Below, piece by piece: positions 37,555-50,903 of a stretch of 63,915 nt of DNA. Origin of the DNA: Geosiphon pyriformis uo1 (Eukaryota > Fungi > Glomeromycota); the NCBI GenBank assembly GCA_016748015.1, contig JAAOMT010000553.1, forward strand, positions 276,923-340,837, written 5' to 3'. Below the pieces are notes generated by a model. The model was not told the DNA's origin, made no database searches, and saw only the letters and a list, made by a program, of their open reading frames with translations. How positions within the stretch are numbered: position 1 is the stretch's first letter; every line of letters starts with the position of its first letter. The position numbers were made by a program, and so were the translations under genes.

Positions 37555-39199
37555 TTTGTAAAAGAAAATTCGAGTTCAACATATAAATTAAATCAAAAAT
37601 TAATCAAGATGCTTTTAAATTAAATTAGATTAAGCTAAATAATATGGTTTATCTGATGTTTCACTTATCTGCGAACTTAAAGTGTGAATTAGCATGACTA
37701 TGTCACTAAAATGAATTATAGTTAGTTTATACGCAACAACGAAATATAAAAAATCAAATATTATAATAAATATTTGTATGTTTGGCAAACTTTCATCATA
37801 ATTCCATTTCTAATCCCTTTTATTAAAATAAATATAAAATAAATAAAATATTGAAGCCAGATAAATATTTTACTATTTCTTTCAAGAATTCATCATAAAT
37901 TTTATTGAAATTTAACCTTCTCTAAATCTTTCGCATTCCGTTTTTTTTATTTCAACTAGGTGTATAGTATCTGAATAGATATCATAATAAATTTAGATTT
38001 GGATATTTTACTAAGATTTTTTACTCTAAATTTCTAACTTAAAAAAAGACTTAAAACAGTATTAAAGACTGAAATGAATTTAAAGGATAACCATATTCTT
38101 CATAATTTTCTTTCTGTTTTCAATATAAAATAAAAATTAGAGTTTAAACTGTAATTAATGATAAAAATGACTAAATTTAAGTATCATTCAAAGTAATTAT
38201 CATGCAAAACTTTTTATAAAGGGTCATTTCATTAAAAACTATAAACAAGGCAAATTTAATATTTTGTATACAAAATTAGTGTAAAGTAAAACTTGAAAAA
38301 AAATATTTAAATTAAAATTTATTCTCATATTAAATTTTTAAATTTGACAATTGATATTGTAAAAAAATATCAAAGAGTGAATAAAAAGAGTAAATAAATT
38401 GTAAAAAAATGTTAAATATTAAAAATATTAATATTGTTTATAACTTTTAATAAAAATATAAACATAAAATTTTGTTAAAATTTATTATTATAACTATAAT
38501 TTAATGTTAATAAAATATTTTATTTGTTTATTTATTTAAAAGAATTTTTTAATATTAAAATATTTAGATTTAATTAATAAATAATGTTGATATTGTTTTA
38601 ATTAAAAATTATGCCTAACTTTAAATAGAGCGTAAAGAAGATTTTTAATTTAAATTTAAATATTATAAATCTTTTTTTTTATTTAATTCTAAAAAAATTA
38701 TATTGTGAATTTCAAATTATTTAAGCAAAAAAAATTATTTATATTTAAAATTCATTTAAAATTTTGTCAAACATATTAGAATGGTAAATTGTTGACGAAC
38801 TTATTGATTGTAGCAGTTTAATCTGACCAATTTGAAATTCAAATCACCATTATTTGATTTTCTCTAATTAATTAAAAAAATTTTCTTTTAGATATTTCTA
38901 AAAAAATCTCTTTTCTTGAAAATATCTTAATAGTTAAACACAAAAAATTATATAATCAATAGTGTTACGCTATTTCTTGCTTATGGTATTATTTTTATAT
39001 AAAAGAATTAAACTATTCATTTAGCCAACAATGCAATTTAATATGGATTTGTAGCGAATAATAGTTTGATAAATAAAGATTCGTGAAACTATATAAACAT
39101 AGAGAAACAATATAAATACGAATCCCCCCCATTTAAAATTTACCTTCTATTCGAATAATAGCCTATTCAATTTTATTCAAATTCACATAAAGTTAAACC

Positions 39200-40491
39200 A
39201 TGGAATTAAAAGAAATTAAAAGAACAACTCGTTCATACAATCATGACTGCAACCTGTGTGAATTTTGTCAACTGTGTATTAAAAATAATAGTCGTATTTA
39301 TTGTAGTGCATACAAGTTCACATTTTTTGAAAAACTTTATCGCAAATTTTCAACCGGCAATAAAGAAGTAGATGAAATAATTAAGAATCCAATCTATATT
39401 TCATCTAAGAGTATGTTTGGAAGTGATGAATTGAATTATTATGAATGGATTCCATGGGAGGGTTTGTCGAATATTAAGGAAATTGCTAAAGGAGGGTTCG
39501 GTATAATCTATAAAGCAACCTTAATTGATGGATTAATTGATTTAGAAAGTATAAAACATCATGGTTCAATGGAATATAAAAGATGGGGAAAAAGGGAAGT
39601 AGCAATAAAAATTATAAAAACGAACAGTTCAGAAGTGTTTAAAGAGGTAAACAAATTATTATTATTTATATTTATATTTAATTCATATTTATCTATTATT
39701 TATTTATTTATTTATTTATTTATATTATCTATTTACTTTTTTACACTGTGTCGTTGATAGTTATATATTTAAAGAGCTATGTTTCTTAAGGAACAGTATT
39801 TAAGTTATGATATTTATAGTTTTGCCCCATGTTATTATGGGAATTAGCAACAGGAAAGCCTCCTTTTCATGATTTTTCTCATGATCATTTTCTTATAATG
39901 GCTATTTTAAATGGTCAAAGACCTAAGATTACTTCCCCACTTATTCCACCTTCAATTGCCAAAATAATCAAAAAGTGTTGGGATGTTAATCCCGAGAATT
40001 GTCCTACTGCCAGAGAAGTTGGGTATAAGTTGAGCAGACTCTAAAGATTAGATTCCGAGCTTTTAGAATCAGAAAAGTACATAAAAAAAAAGTGCGGAAG
40101 GCGACGACTCGACAATAAAACCTTTAGGGATATTTTTACAATATATTCAAATCTTCAAAAAAACAAAGAAACGCGACGAGATAGCAAAACCCTCAACAGA
40201 TTGTTCAAGGGTAATAATTCATCCAGGGGCAGTTTATACAAGTCGTCTTTTAACTGCACAAATGATTGATTTATCAACAGGTTTGTTCATTTACTTCAAG
40301 CAATAAACTTTAATTTAAATTAATATATCAACCATTTATTTTACTTAAATTTAGAGGATTTTTCTAAAAGAGAAATAAAATATTTGCCTGAAGGTAGGAA
40401 GTTAAATAAAATTGTAATAAAATTGGCATATTTTCATATTTATTTATTTATTTATATATTTTACTATTTATTATATTTAGGTAACTCTTAA
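39200..40491 (+). pseudogene. TKL kinase pseudogene, copy D
   Basis: Exon 1 is open. Exon 2 has CAA>TAA, a deletion of the hinge/HRD/activation segment (jumps to DIYSF at ~39809), a +2 frameshift (TTTGCCCCATG) and a premature stop. Confidence 0.9.
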
Positions 40492-41149
40492 TAGATCTAA
40501 TTGTGATCCATTCGTAAATACTATCTATTTTGAGATTCTTATTATTTTTGATTAGTTGCAATTTTCATAAGTGATATATTTTAGATAACATTTATTGCAT
40601 TTAAATATTCAAATTGTATTAATAACATATTAGATTCATTTGAATATGTCAAGATATATACTTTTATTCATTTCTTAATTTATTATAGAGTATTTTTAAT
40701 AGTAAAAAATACATAAAAAAGTTCAAAAAATAAATTTAATTAATAAAAATTACAATTTTTCAATTCTTAAAAGAAAATGATATATATTAACAATATTTCT
40801 AATATAATATTGAAATTCTTTATTTAAAATTTTTTATTAAAAATATTATATTTAGATTTTTCATATGCGATATTTTATATTTAATGCTGACAGTTTTTCG
40901 TGAATGAAACAAACAAACAAACAAACAAACATAAGAAATACCGTTGACATCAACAACAAAAAAATTATTGAAAAAAAAGTAAATAAATTTATCTTTTTTC
41001 GTTTTTATTATAGCTGAAAAATATTTATTTAAATATTAAAATATTAAAATATTATTACAAATTACTCTAGTTGTGTGATTTAAAAAAAGGGTTTAATAGA
41101 TTTTGCAAAATATATAATATTTAAATATATATTTGAAATATCTTGGGGG

Positions 41150-41190
<41 letters not shown>

Positions 41191-41907
41191 TTAAGAGCAA
41201 AATATGAATTAATGAATAAAGTTTGATTATAAAAAAATATCTAAATAGACAAAAATATTTTACAATATTTTTTTATTAATTAAAACAAAAACTTAAATTT
41301 AATAGGTATATTTAAATAGTTTTTGTTTACTTTTTAAATAAATGTATCGAAAAATATAATTGCTTTCTAAAGACTAAAAGCTGTAATAAATTTTAATTAA
41401 TTAATATAAATATTATTAATAATAACGAATAAATCAAAAAATTAAATAAATAAATAAATAAATAAAATTTACTTATAAATTAATAAATTGAGAATTCAAA
41501 TAAAATATTATACTTTAAAGAAAAATTAATTAATTAATTCAAATAAGTTTATAATATAATTACACATTAAATTAAAGAGGTATATTAAATTTATTTTATA
41601 TAGAAATAGTTAACATTTTACTCATTGGTTCGATTTATTTGAGATCGTGTGGGTAATACTTAGGTAATCGATATTTGTAACCTTGAATTAAGTTAATGAG
41701 TAAATAGTAAAATATCAAACTCAAAAAATATAGCAATAAAATAAGGGAATATTATTTTTTAGATGTAAGAGAAAGCATTTTATAATAAATTAATATAACC
41801 AACTATTTTAACATAGTGAAATGAATCTAATAAATTTATAATTAATAAAACAAAGGTTATCTAGGATTTACCATCAACTAATTAATGACTAATCACGATT
41901 AAATTTA

Positions 41908-43510
41908 TTAAAATTTGTCTAAATATAATAGATAGTGATATAAATAAGAGCATAGATTTTATTAATGATTAATGATAGATGTAATTTCTTATCTTCAGAC
42001 AAATACACTAATTCTTTTATAAATTAAATTGACATAGATTGACATAAATTTTTAATATACTATATATTAATTTAAATAAATGACTTATTCAATATTAAAA
42101 TAGATAAACTAACCTTTAGAAAGATCAACCATCTGTATAGTGAAAAGACGACTTGTATAAACTGCTCCTGGATGAATCCTTCTTGTTGTTGTTGTCGAGG
42201 GTTTTGTTATCTCCTTGGGTTTCTTAATTTTTTTAAGAAATTTAATATATTTTGAAAATTTTCCTAAAGGTTTTGTTGTCGAGTCGTTATTTACCACATT
42301 TTCTTTTATGTATTTATCTGATTCCATAAACTCTGAACTATAAGAGGAAATTCTACACAATTTCTCGTAAATTTCTTTGGCAATAGGACGATTCTCGGGA
42401 TTAACATCCCAACACTTTTTGATTATTTTGGCAATTGAAGGTGAAATAAGTGGGGAAGTAATCTTAGGTCTTTAACCATTTAAAATAGCCATTATAAGAA
42501 TATGATCATGAGAACGATCATGAAAAGAAGGCTTTCCTGTTGCTAATTCCCATAATAACATGGGGCAAAACTATAAATATCACCAGCTGTTGTAAACTTT
42601 TCTCCTCTTAAAACTTCTGGTGGAATGTACGGAATCACTCCATATATCTTTATCTTCTCTGCTGTTGTTGTTGCTTCATGGTTGACATAATCCGAGGTCT
42701 CCAATATTGACTGTATCTTCATATAATTGTAAGATGTAGGTCACGATGAACCATACCAGAAGAATGAATTTTTGAAAGTCCAAAAGCTATACAACACACG
42801 ACACTTAATTTATCTTCCCGACTCGTAGAATGAAAATTTGTTGATAAATATTTTCGCATGTCTCCATGCTCGGCGAAATTCGTCACAGTTCCATACTCGA
42901 GTGTTTCAGTGTTTTGCGTAATCCCATATATTGAAGAGATACAATTACCCAGGGTTATTAATAAACATATCTCTTTGAATATTTAACTTTCAACAGTATA
43001 AAAAATATTAGATAAATAAATATAAGTAAATAGGAATTAAATATAAATATAAGTAAAAAGACTTTTATTTACCTCTTTAAACACTTCTAAATTGTTCTTT
43101 TTTATAATTTTTATTGCTACTTCTCGCTCTCCATTTCGTTGATATTCCCCATTAAATCTTATACTTCTCTTATTAATTAATCCATCAATTAGAGTTGCTT
43201 TATAAATTATACTGAACCCTCCTCTAGTAATTTCTTTAATATTCGACAAACACTCCCATAGAATCCATTCATAGTAATTCAAATAACCATTCACATATTT
43301 ATTAGTAGATAAAATATAGATTGGATTCTTAATCATTTTATCAACTTCGTTATTGCCGCTGGAAAAGTCTTTATAAAGTTTTTTAAAAAATACGAACTGG
43401 CATGTAGTGCAATAATTACGATTCACTTGAATAATTCATTGACAAAATTCACACAGGTTACAATAATGAGCCTCTGGACAAGTTGTTCTTTTAATTTCCT
43501 TTAATTCCAT
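41908..43510 (-). pseudogene. TKL kinase pseudogene, copy E (tail-to-tail with D)
   Basis: Stops and small deletions (HRDL followed by loss of HSGN) plus the same +2 frameshift as D at ~42560. Confidence 0.9.
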
Positions 43511-44794
43511 GGTTAAATTTAAGTGAATTCAATAAAATTGAATAGGCTATTATTAGAATAGGGTTTTTAACAAGAACAGAGTTTGTTTAGAAAGTAATTT
43601 TTTAAAGGCGGAGTTTAGTATTTATTTTATTTCTCTGTGTTCAAATACTTGATAAATCAATTTATTCATCAAACTATGGTTTAATTTATTGTTTTTATTA
43701 GCTCTTACACTAATTTCGTATGCCATGATCGAAAATAAAATTAACTTTAGAATTATTGATTATTTAACTGATTATAGGTTGAAATGGTACTTACCAATAT
43801 GATCGTAAAACAGACATTAAAAATTAGAAAATTCAAAAGAGAAATGATATATTAATGATATTTATAATCTAAAAGTATAATTAATTGAAATTTTTTTAAA
43901 AAAAAATATATAATTAAATCTTCCATATGCGATATTTTAACATAATAGGTTTTAATTTTATTAAAAATAGTAAATAAATTATTATTCTTTTCGGTTCTAT
44001 CATGGCTGAAGAATTTTTATTATTAGTAAGATATTTCATGTTTAAATAAATTTTGAATATGCTTTGAATATTATGAAAATATCAATTGGGGTCTACTCGA
44101 TTTAATAATTTTTTGCCCTATTGGTTTTCTTTAGAACAATGAATTAATTCGAAGATTGTTACTAATTTCTCGGCCTGATATAATTTATGCAATTGAAAGA
44201 ACCAATGAATACGCCAATTTATGATTTTTATGACGGTTAAAGTTTTTTAGTAAATTATTATTATTATTATTTATATCGTCATAATCAATTAATTTAGAAA
44301 TTGTTTTTGAAAATTAAAGCTAATATTCTAGCTGCGATAAAAATACTTTAAGATTCTTGTTTCATTATTATGTTCATATATAGCCCTAAACGTAGACTAA
44401 ATGAATAAACCCTGAAAAGTTAACATTGCTTTTTCTTACCTAAATTCACCAATAAAAAAAATAATTCTTAAAATTCTTTTAATCTCTCCTATTTTATCCT
44501 AGGAGATGTCTCGAAACTGGTTTGCAAATTAAATTGTTGATTTTAACCCAATGTTTTAACATTTAGCGAGTAAAAGTGGTCCTTGAATTCTTTCATATAA
44601 TCTTAATACCAAGTGTTCCAGAAAAATTTGATTTTGGGGAAACTGTGAAATTATGATCAGGTTTTGATTTCATCTTAATCGAAAGATAATTCATAGTTTT
44701 CAATAAGTTTAAAACCTTTAGGGACTGTACAAGTTCAAAAAACATTTTCATTAATTAATAAGAATATTGGTATTAAATAAAATTAACTTTAAAT

Positions 44795-44820
44795 TAACCC
44801 TAACCCTAATCCTAACCCTA
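44795..44820. repeat. Interstitial telomere-like repeat (TAACCC)x4, imperfect
   Basis: TAACCC TAACCC TAATCC TAACCC TA. Confidence 0.6.
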
Positions 44821-46593
44821 TTTAACCTGTAAAAATGTTTAAGATGGTTTTAATTAAACTTTTTGAAATTTTTAGACTCTTCAGATGTACAAATTTCATT
44901 ATTGTTGGCACAAGAAATACTAAAACCATCAATAAAATTTATAATTGAAGAATTTTAGAGTAACTTAAATGGTTTATTGTGGGGGAAATAGATGCAAATA
45001 TTAAACTGATAACCTTTATGGGTACTTGGTCTTAAATATCTTGACAAATTGATTTTGGAAAAAACTTTATAATCCGAATAGCTGTGTGCTCATTATTTCC
45101 GCCCAAATGAAAATCAAGCAGGTGTGATTGGTTTTTTTTATCGACTCCCACATTAATAGTTAATAATATCTTTGACAAACTTAAACCGAATGGACCAATG
45201 ATAAGCTTCAAAAATTTGTTTTAAGACACTAAAAATTTTTTATTTGATACTTTTCCATTCTTTTATTAAAATTTTTTCAACAAGAAATTGTCAAACTTAG
45301 ATTTGGTCAAACAACTTTTTGAAATTAAAGAACAGCTAAAGCAGTTAATAGTGCTAAAATTTATGACCCAATATCCCCAAAATAAAGTGGAATGGACTTC
45401 AAGAAAAGAGTTTATTATTTGATTTTAAATTTTTTTTTTTGAAGTTTCCAAGTTTATTTATTTCCAAACATTAAGGATTGTATTAATATATAATGAGCAT
45501 TAAATTAACAGTTATCATTTTGCATCATATTTTCATGATTTCTTTTTTAAATTGTAAAGCTATAAAATAATAACATGAGAACATAAAAAATTTATAAATT
45601 TTTTATGTTTTTAGATGAGATATTTATTCATTCGGGTTACTTTAATATGTGTCAAAAAGGTATTTTAAACAGTTTTTAAAATTAAAATTATTTTGTTGTT
45701 TAAGCCATTTCAACAGGAAAACTTCATTGTAAGTAAATACAAGTTTTATATTCTTGATAATTTGTACTTGATTATAAAATTTTTTAATTGCAAGGATAAA
45801 TTTAACTTTTAAAAACTTTTATCTAAATTGATATTTCAATTAACTTGTTGTACTTGGATATATTTTTTAGGAAACCAATAAACAAGAAACGATTTTCATT
45901 GTGACATCTGAATATTTTAATTTCTATAATTAATTACCTAAAAACTTTTTGTACCTGAATCGTGTGATACACAGAAAAGCGTCTTAAAAACCTTAATTTA
46001 TCATGGGAAATCAATTTTTTCATAAAGTACTTTAATTATACAGGCTTTTTTTTAGCAGTGGAAAAAATCTCGGGTGGCGGGAAATTTTTATAACAAGGCC
46101 ATTTCGCCGTAACATTTTTTTTATTACTAGCCAAATCCAGTTTTTCTTGGCTAATTTGTTTCGCAAGAGGATTATTTGACAAAGGGCGGAACATTAATCT
46201 TTCGCCTAGTGACGAAATTTGTTGATTAATTCATTTTCCCACAAGATCTTGTTAATAATTTTCCACTATCTTTACTAAAGCAAGAGCCGGGGTAAACACG
46301 CTTCCAACTTGCAGTACTGTACAGTAAATGATTTTCATATTTAATGACTTTGTGTGAATTTTGGATCGTAAATTATTTTACGGGTTTGTTTAACGACCAG
46401 GACATTTTTCAATAATACACGAATTTTATTCATGATTTCTTTGGTTTATTTAATAAATAAGGTACTACTACATCATAGAATAAATCTTTTGAAATCTCAT
46501 CATGTTCAAAATATATTATTATTATTATCCTTTTTTTTTTTTTTTTCATCAGAACCACTTAGAAACTGGGGATCATAGACATGATTTATTATT

Positions 46594-46683
46594 AACCAAC
46601 AACAACAAACAACAACAACAAACAACAACAACAACAACAACAACGACAACAATAACAATAACAATAACAATAACAATAACAAT
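46594..46683. repeat. Compound (AAC)n/(AACAAT)n microsatellite
   Basis: Direct repeats; they explain ORFs 46502..46687 and 46506..46727. Confidence 0.95.
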
Positions 46684-47283
46684 GTGAACTGGGATTTCCT
46701 TTTCGGGAAAGATTTGTCAAACATCATGCACTAAATTTTTATGTGAAACTATTTAAAATATGTGTTAGGACGATTTTCTCTAAATTAAGATTACCTTTTG
46801 CTTGTGGGTTACAATGATTATCAAAAGTAATTTTTTACCGTTGAAAATCATTTTGGGAATGCTCCAGTAGCACTTATTTTTTAAGGAATATATAAAATTT
46901 TCACATTTATCTTTGCCTTTTAGCGTAAAATCAAAAGTGTCAAATATGATAAATACTAAAACAAATTAGTATGATATCGCACTTTTTCTAAAAATATCTA
47001 TTCTGTACCCAAAATTTGATTAAATCATTTCAAGTTTTTCCTTTGTTTGTTAAAAGGATTGTATTTTTATTATTAATAGTATCGCCAAAAAAAGATCAAA
47101 TCGACACTTTATGCATATTATCTTCATAATATTATTTTATAAAATGTAACTATGTATGTTAAAAAGTTCCCTTAAAAAAGGTTCCCTTGTCTATTTTCCT
47201 TTTTTTTCTCAATAATCATACCAAATTTCAACTTTTTAATCCTGAAATATTCATTAAAATAAAAAAAGTACACATTAATTTTA

Positions 47284-47496
47284 ATGAAGACTATACATTT
47301 TTGTAAACTTTTTTTTCTGCTTCTCTTTTTTATCACATTTACGGGCATTCTTGCCTATCCAATTCAATCCCATCATTATCTTCATCATAATCGTCGTCGA
47401 AGTATATCAAATAAAGGCTTTATAAGGAGGAAAAATGGTCATTTCGTATTTTTAAACAAGTCAAAATGGCATCATATATCCACTGGAATTTTCTGA
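47284..47496 (+). CDS. Putative secreted His-rich cationic peptide precursor (70 aa)
   Basis: N-terminal signal peptide MKTIHFCKLFFLLLFFITFTGILA|YP, then HHYLHHNRRR and a basic C-terminal peptide. Confidence 0.55.
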   Translation: MKTIHFCKLFFLLLFFITFTGILAYPIQSHHYLHHNRRRSISNKGFIRRKNGHFVFLNKSKWHHISTGIF

Positions 47497-50400
47497 TCGA
47501 TGGTGAGGAAAATAAGTTGTGGGAGGTTTACTGGAGTTACAAACTATCAAATTCTATGAAAGATTATTAAAAGTTTTTTTCTATGATAAATATTGTAGGG
47601 ACTGATTTTTTGTGAACATTTAAAGTATTAGAGAATTTATTCTTAATATCATGATCTTATCAACTTTTCCCATACACGGAAACTTTTATCAAAGAGTTCT
47701 TATAATTACTGTTATTTTATACTTGAAATACATCGAAAGGTATAAAATGATTTAAATAATTTTTAATAAGCATTCAAATAAAATAATTTTAGAAGTAAAA
47801 TGTTGTACGATTTTAAGTTTGAAATTCCTACCTTTATTAAATTCATCTTAACTGGGACCTAAACTCAAAGTTTCTTATTAATATAAGAATCAAAGAAATT
47901 TTAAACACTTTACATCATTCGCTTTCGATAATTTCAATATCTTACATATTTCAAATCTTGACGAATTAAATTTCTTGGGAATCAAACAAATCTCAGACAT
48001 GATATAAATAGTCTCGATAACATCAAAGAGATCCAAATTTGCAAAATTTGATCCTTAAAGAACTTTCTAATTAAACTATTAAAAATTTTTTTTTTAACTC
48101 GATTATACTTTCAGGCTATGTTTTTAAATAACCATTTATAAAATTAAAATTTTTTGCAAATTTTGAAAAACATTGTAAAATAATTTAATGTTTTTAAAAG
48201 AATTTCCCAATGGTATTATTAATTTTTATGTTTAAAATGGTATTTATGGCTGAAATTAACAATAATAACAACAATATCATGTTATTTTTAATTTAAAACG
48301 AGAATTAAAGTTTAAACCCCTAATTAGTGCTAAAAAAAAAACTAAAATTAAGTAATATTTTTGAATTATTTACACTTTTAAGGTTTAGAAAATGGCCAAT
48401 ATAAATTTGTCATAAAATACTTGAAAAAATAAATACTTACAAAAAAAAACACTTTAATAAATTAAAAGGAAATTTTGTAACAAAATATTTTGACATATAT
48501 TCTTTAGAAACTCTTGATAATGAAACAATATTAAATTTTTTCCTTACATAAAACTATTCTTACATTAGAAAATTTTACATTTCAATGTTAAATAAAGCAA
48601 AGAAAATTAAAAATTCAATCATGTTGTTTAAATATTAAAGCTAAGAAATAAGGCAAACTATTATATTTTTACTTTTATGAAAAAATGTTATTATTTAAAG
48701 TTGTTTTAATAAAATATTTTTTTGTTCCATGTATTAAATATATAAATTTTACAATTTTGTACTGTTTGTAAATTAATTACTATCAAAATAAATAAATAAA
48801 TAAATAAATAAATTTTGAAATGTTAAATCGATGAAAATATCACACACACAATTGTCTTTTTTAATAAAATATCTAGTAAAAAACTTTATAACCTTTTTAA
48901 CTCATAAAACTTTCTTAAACCAACATATTTAGTCTCAATATATTCTGAAAAAATTTTCATTTAATAAAAATTTCCTTTATCTCTTCAAAGCAATTGTCAT
49001 ACTCTCTTCACAAAAATTCACAATTTCTTTTAAAAGAACTTATAATTTCATGAATAAAGCAAAATCTTATATACCTAATTTTTATTTCAAAAAAGAATAT
49101 TTTGGAAAAAAAATTCTTATCTGCAAATACTTGATTATTGAGTGATATTCCATTTAAAAGTTTGAGATTGACTCTAAATATCTTTTTTTTTCACTTAAAA
49201 ATTTCTAATTTAGTTATGATTATGATGAAATGCTCTTGTTTTGGTAAACTGACATATTTTCTTTAAATACACAGATGGCAAACTGACCCCGAAAATTTTT
49301 CACGGTAAAAACATTCTTATAAATGATAATCAGCTTCAATGTTGTCCAGATACCGTTTATAATCGAATAAGAGATTTCAGAAAAATTTTAAAACCTGTTG
49401 GGATTACAATCCTAGCTCAGATTTTATATCATTGTAATCTTTTAAAATAAGTCTTTGCTTTTCTTTCATCAAATTACTTGTGTGCTTCGATCACTATTTA
49501 AAATTTGTTGCTCTGATTTTTCAAATTAAAAATAACAATAATATTTTCCTTTGATTTTAGCGATTTTTCTATTAAGGATGAAGTTTTTTTTTTCTTTATT
49601 TCAATCCATTCATCAAACAGTAATTATTTTGGTTTACATGTTCAATATTTTGTAATTTCTTTTTCTTCAAAGACTTTCAATCCCTTCAAAGTGACTGTTG
49701 TTAATTAGCACCAAAAAATATATCCATCCAAATAACCAATCTTTCACCTTTCATATCCCATAAATGAAATTTTGAGTCCAATCTATAAATAAACTAGTTA
49801 AAAACTTTTGCCATTTGCTTAGAAAATAAAATTTGTTTCTTGTTATTCAATTCAAGTTCTTTTGATGAGTCAAAAGAGCAAAGATCAGAAAATTAATCTT
49901 TAATTTTGAAAACTTATCTCGCACTATGAAAATTTTCAGAGTTAGAAAAATATTACAGAGAATATAACTTTTGCTTAGGCAACTCAAAACTGATTTTCGT
50001 TTTCAACGAACACCGGGCTTAATTCATATGCTGTTGTGATGATTGCAAATGCTGTATTACTTTCAGAAGTTACCTTTGTCAGCTAGGCATTCCAGTAAGT
50101 ATCCAAAACATTTGGTGAAAAAACAACTAATCTCTAGCAAGTTGTTCTCGGGAAAGTCTCTGTGATCATTTGTGATATGTGGTTGATTTGCATTGGCGGC
50201 AGAGGTTGAGAAAAAGTTACAACGTTTTATCCTTGCCATGATCTGATTTAAAATAGTAAGTAATGAGTAGAAAGCATAACAAAGTTAAACCACAAGAGAT
50301 AATAATAATGTCAAAAAAGAAACGAATCGGCAAAAAGGGAGTTGTCAAGCGTCACGAAAACACTAAGAAGTGGAAAGGTAAAACGGAAACCGTGAAAATG

Positions 50401-50903
50401 ACGCAAGAAATAAGGGCCTAAAATTATGATACTCAAAGTTAATGTCCACTTTTTTTGAAATGAACACGAGTGAAAAAATATATGCTGATTTCTTTAACGT
50501 AATCTTCGCGCCGATGATTGCCTTATTGAGGACAAAATGTGGTAAATGATTAATCATGGATAATGTAGCAAAAATTAAACAATGATAATGACCAAGATTT
50601 AATGATATGTGATTAATCGAAGGCGGGATAGAATCAATGATTGTTGACGACATAATCATAAAGAAAATGACAACTGGAATTTGAACTCTGATTCTACATA
50701 AGATGGTGATATGATGCTTTGTTAAAGAAATAAAAGAGTTTCTCATTTATACTTACGATAACAATCAACAAGATATTTCTATTTCTACACCTTTGGTTGA
50801 AGAAAAATCTTTTTCCCAACAAATATACTCTATTTATCCTTGAAAAGCCTAAAATTATTTCGAGAATTTTTTTAACCAACAAAAAATCACCTTGAAAAGA
50901 AAG

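Noticed and set aside
46502-46727. Poly-Thr / poly-Leu ORFs
   Set aside because: Translations of a microsatellite.
49985-50421. Possible small gene on the minus strand (MARIKRCNFF...) or basic uORF upstream of the HMG gene
   Set aside because: Short, with no recognisable motif and splicing not constrained; cannot be supported.
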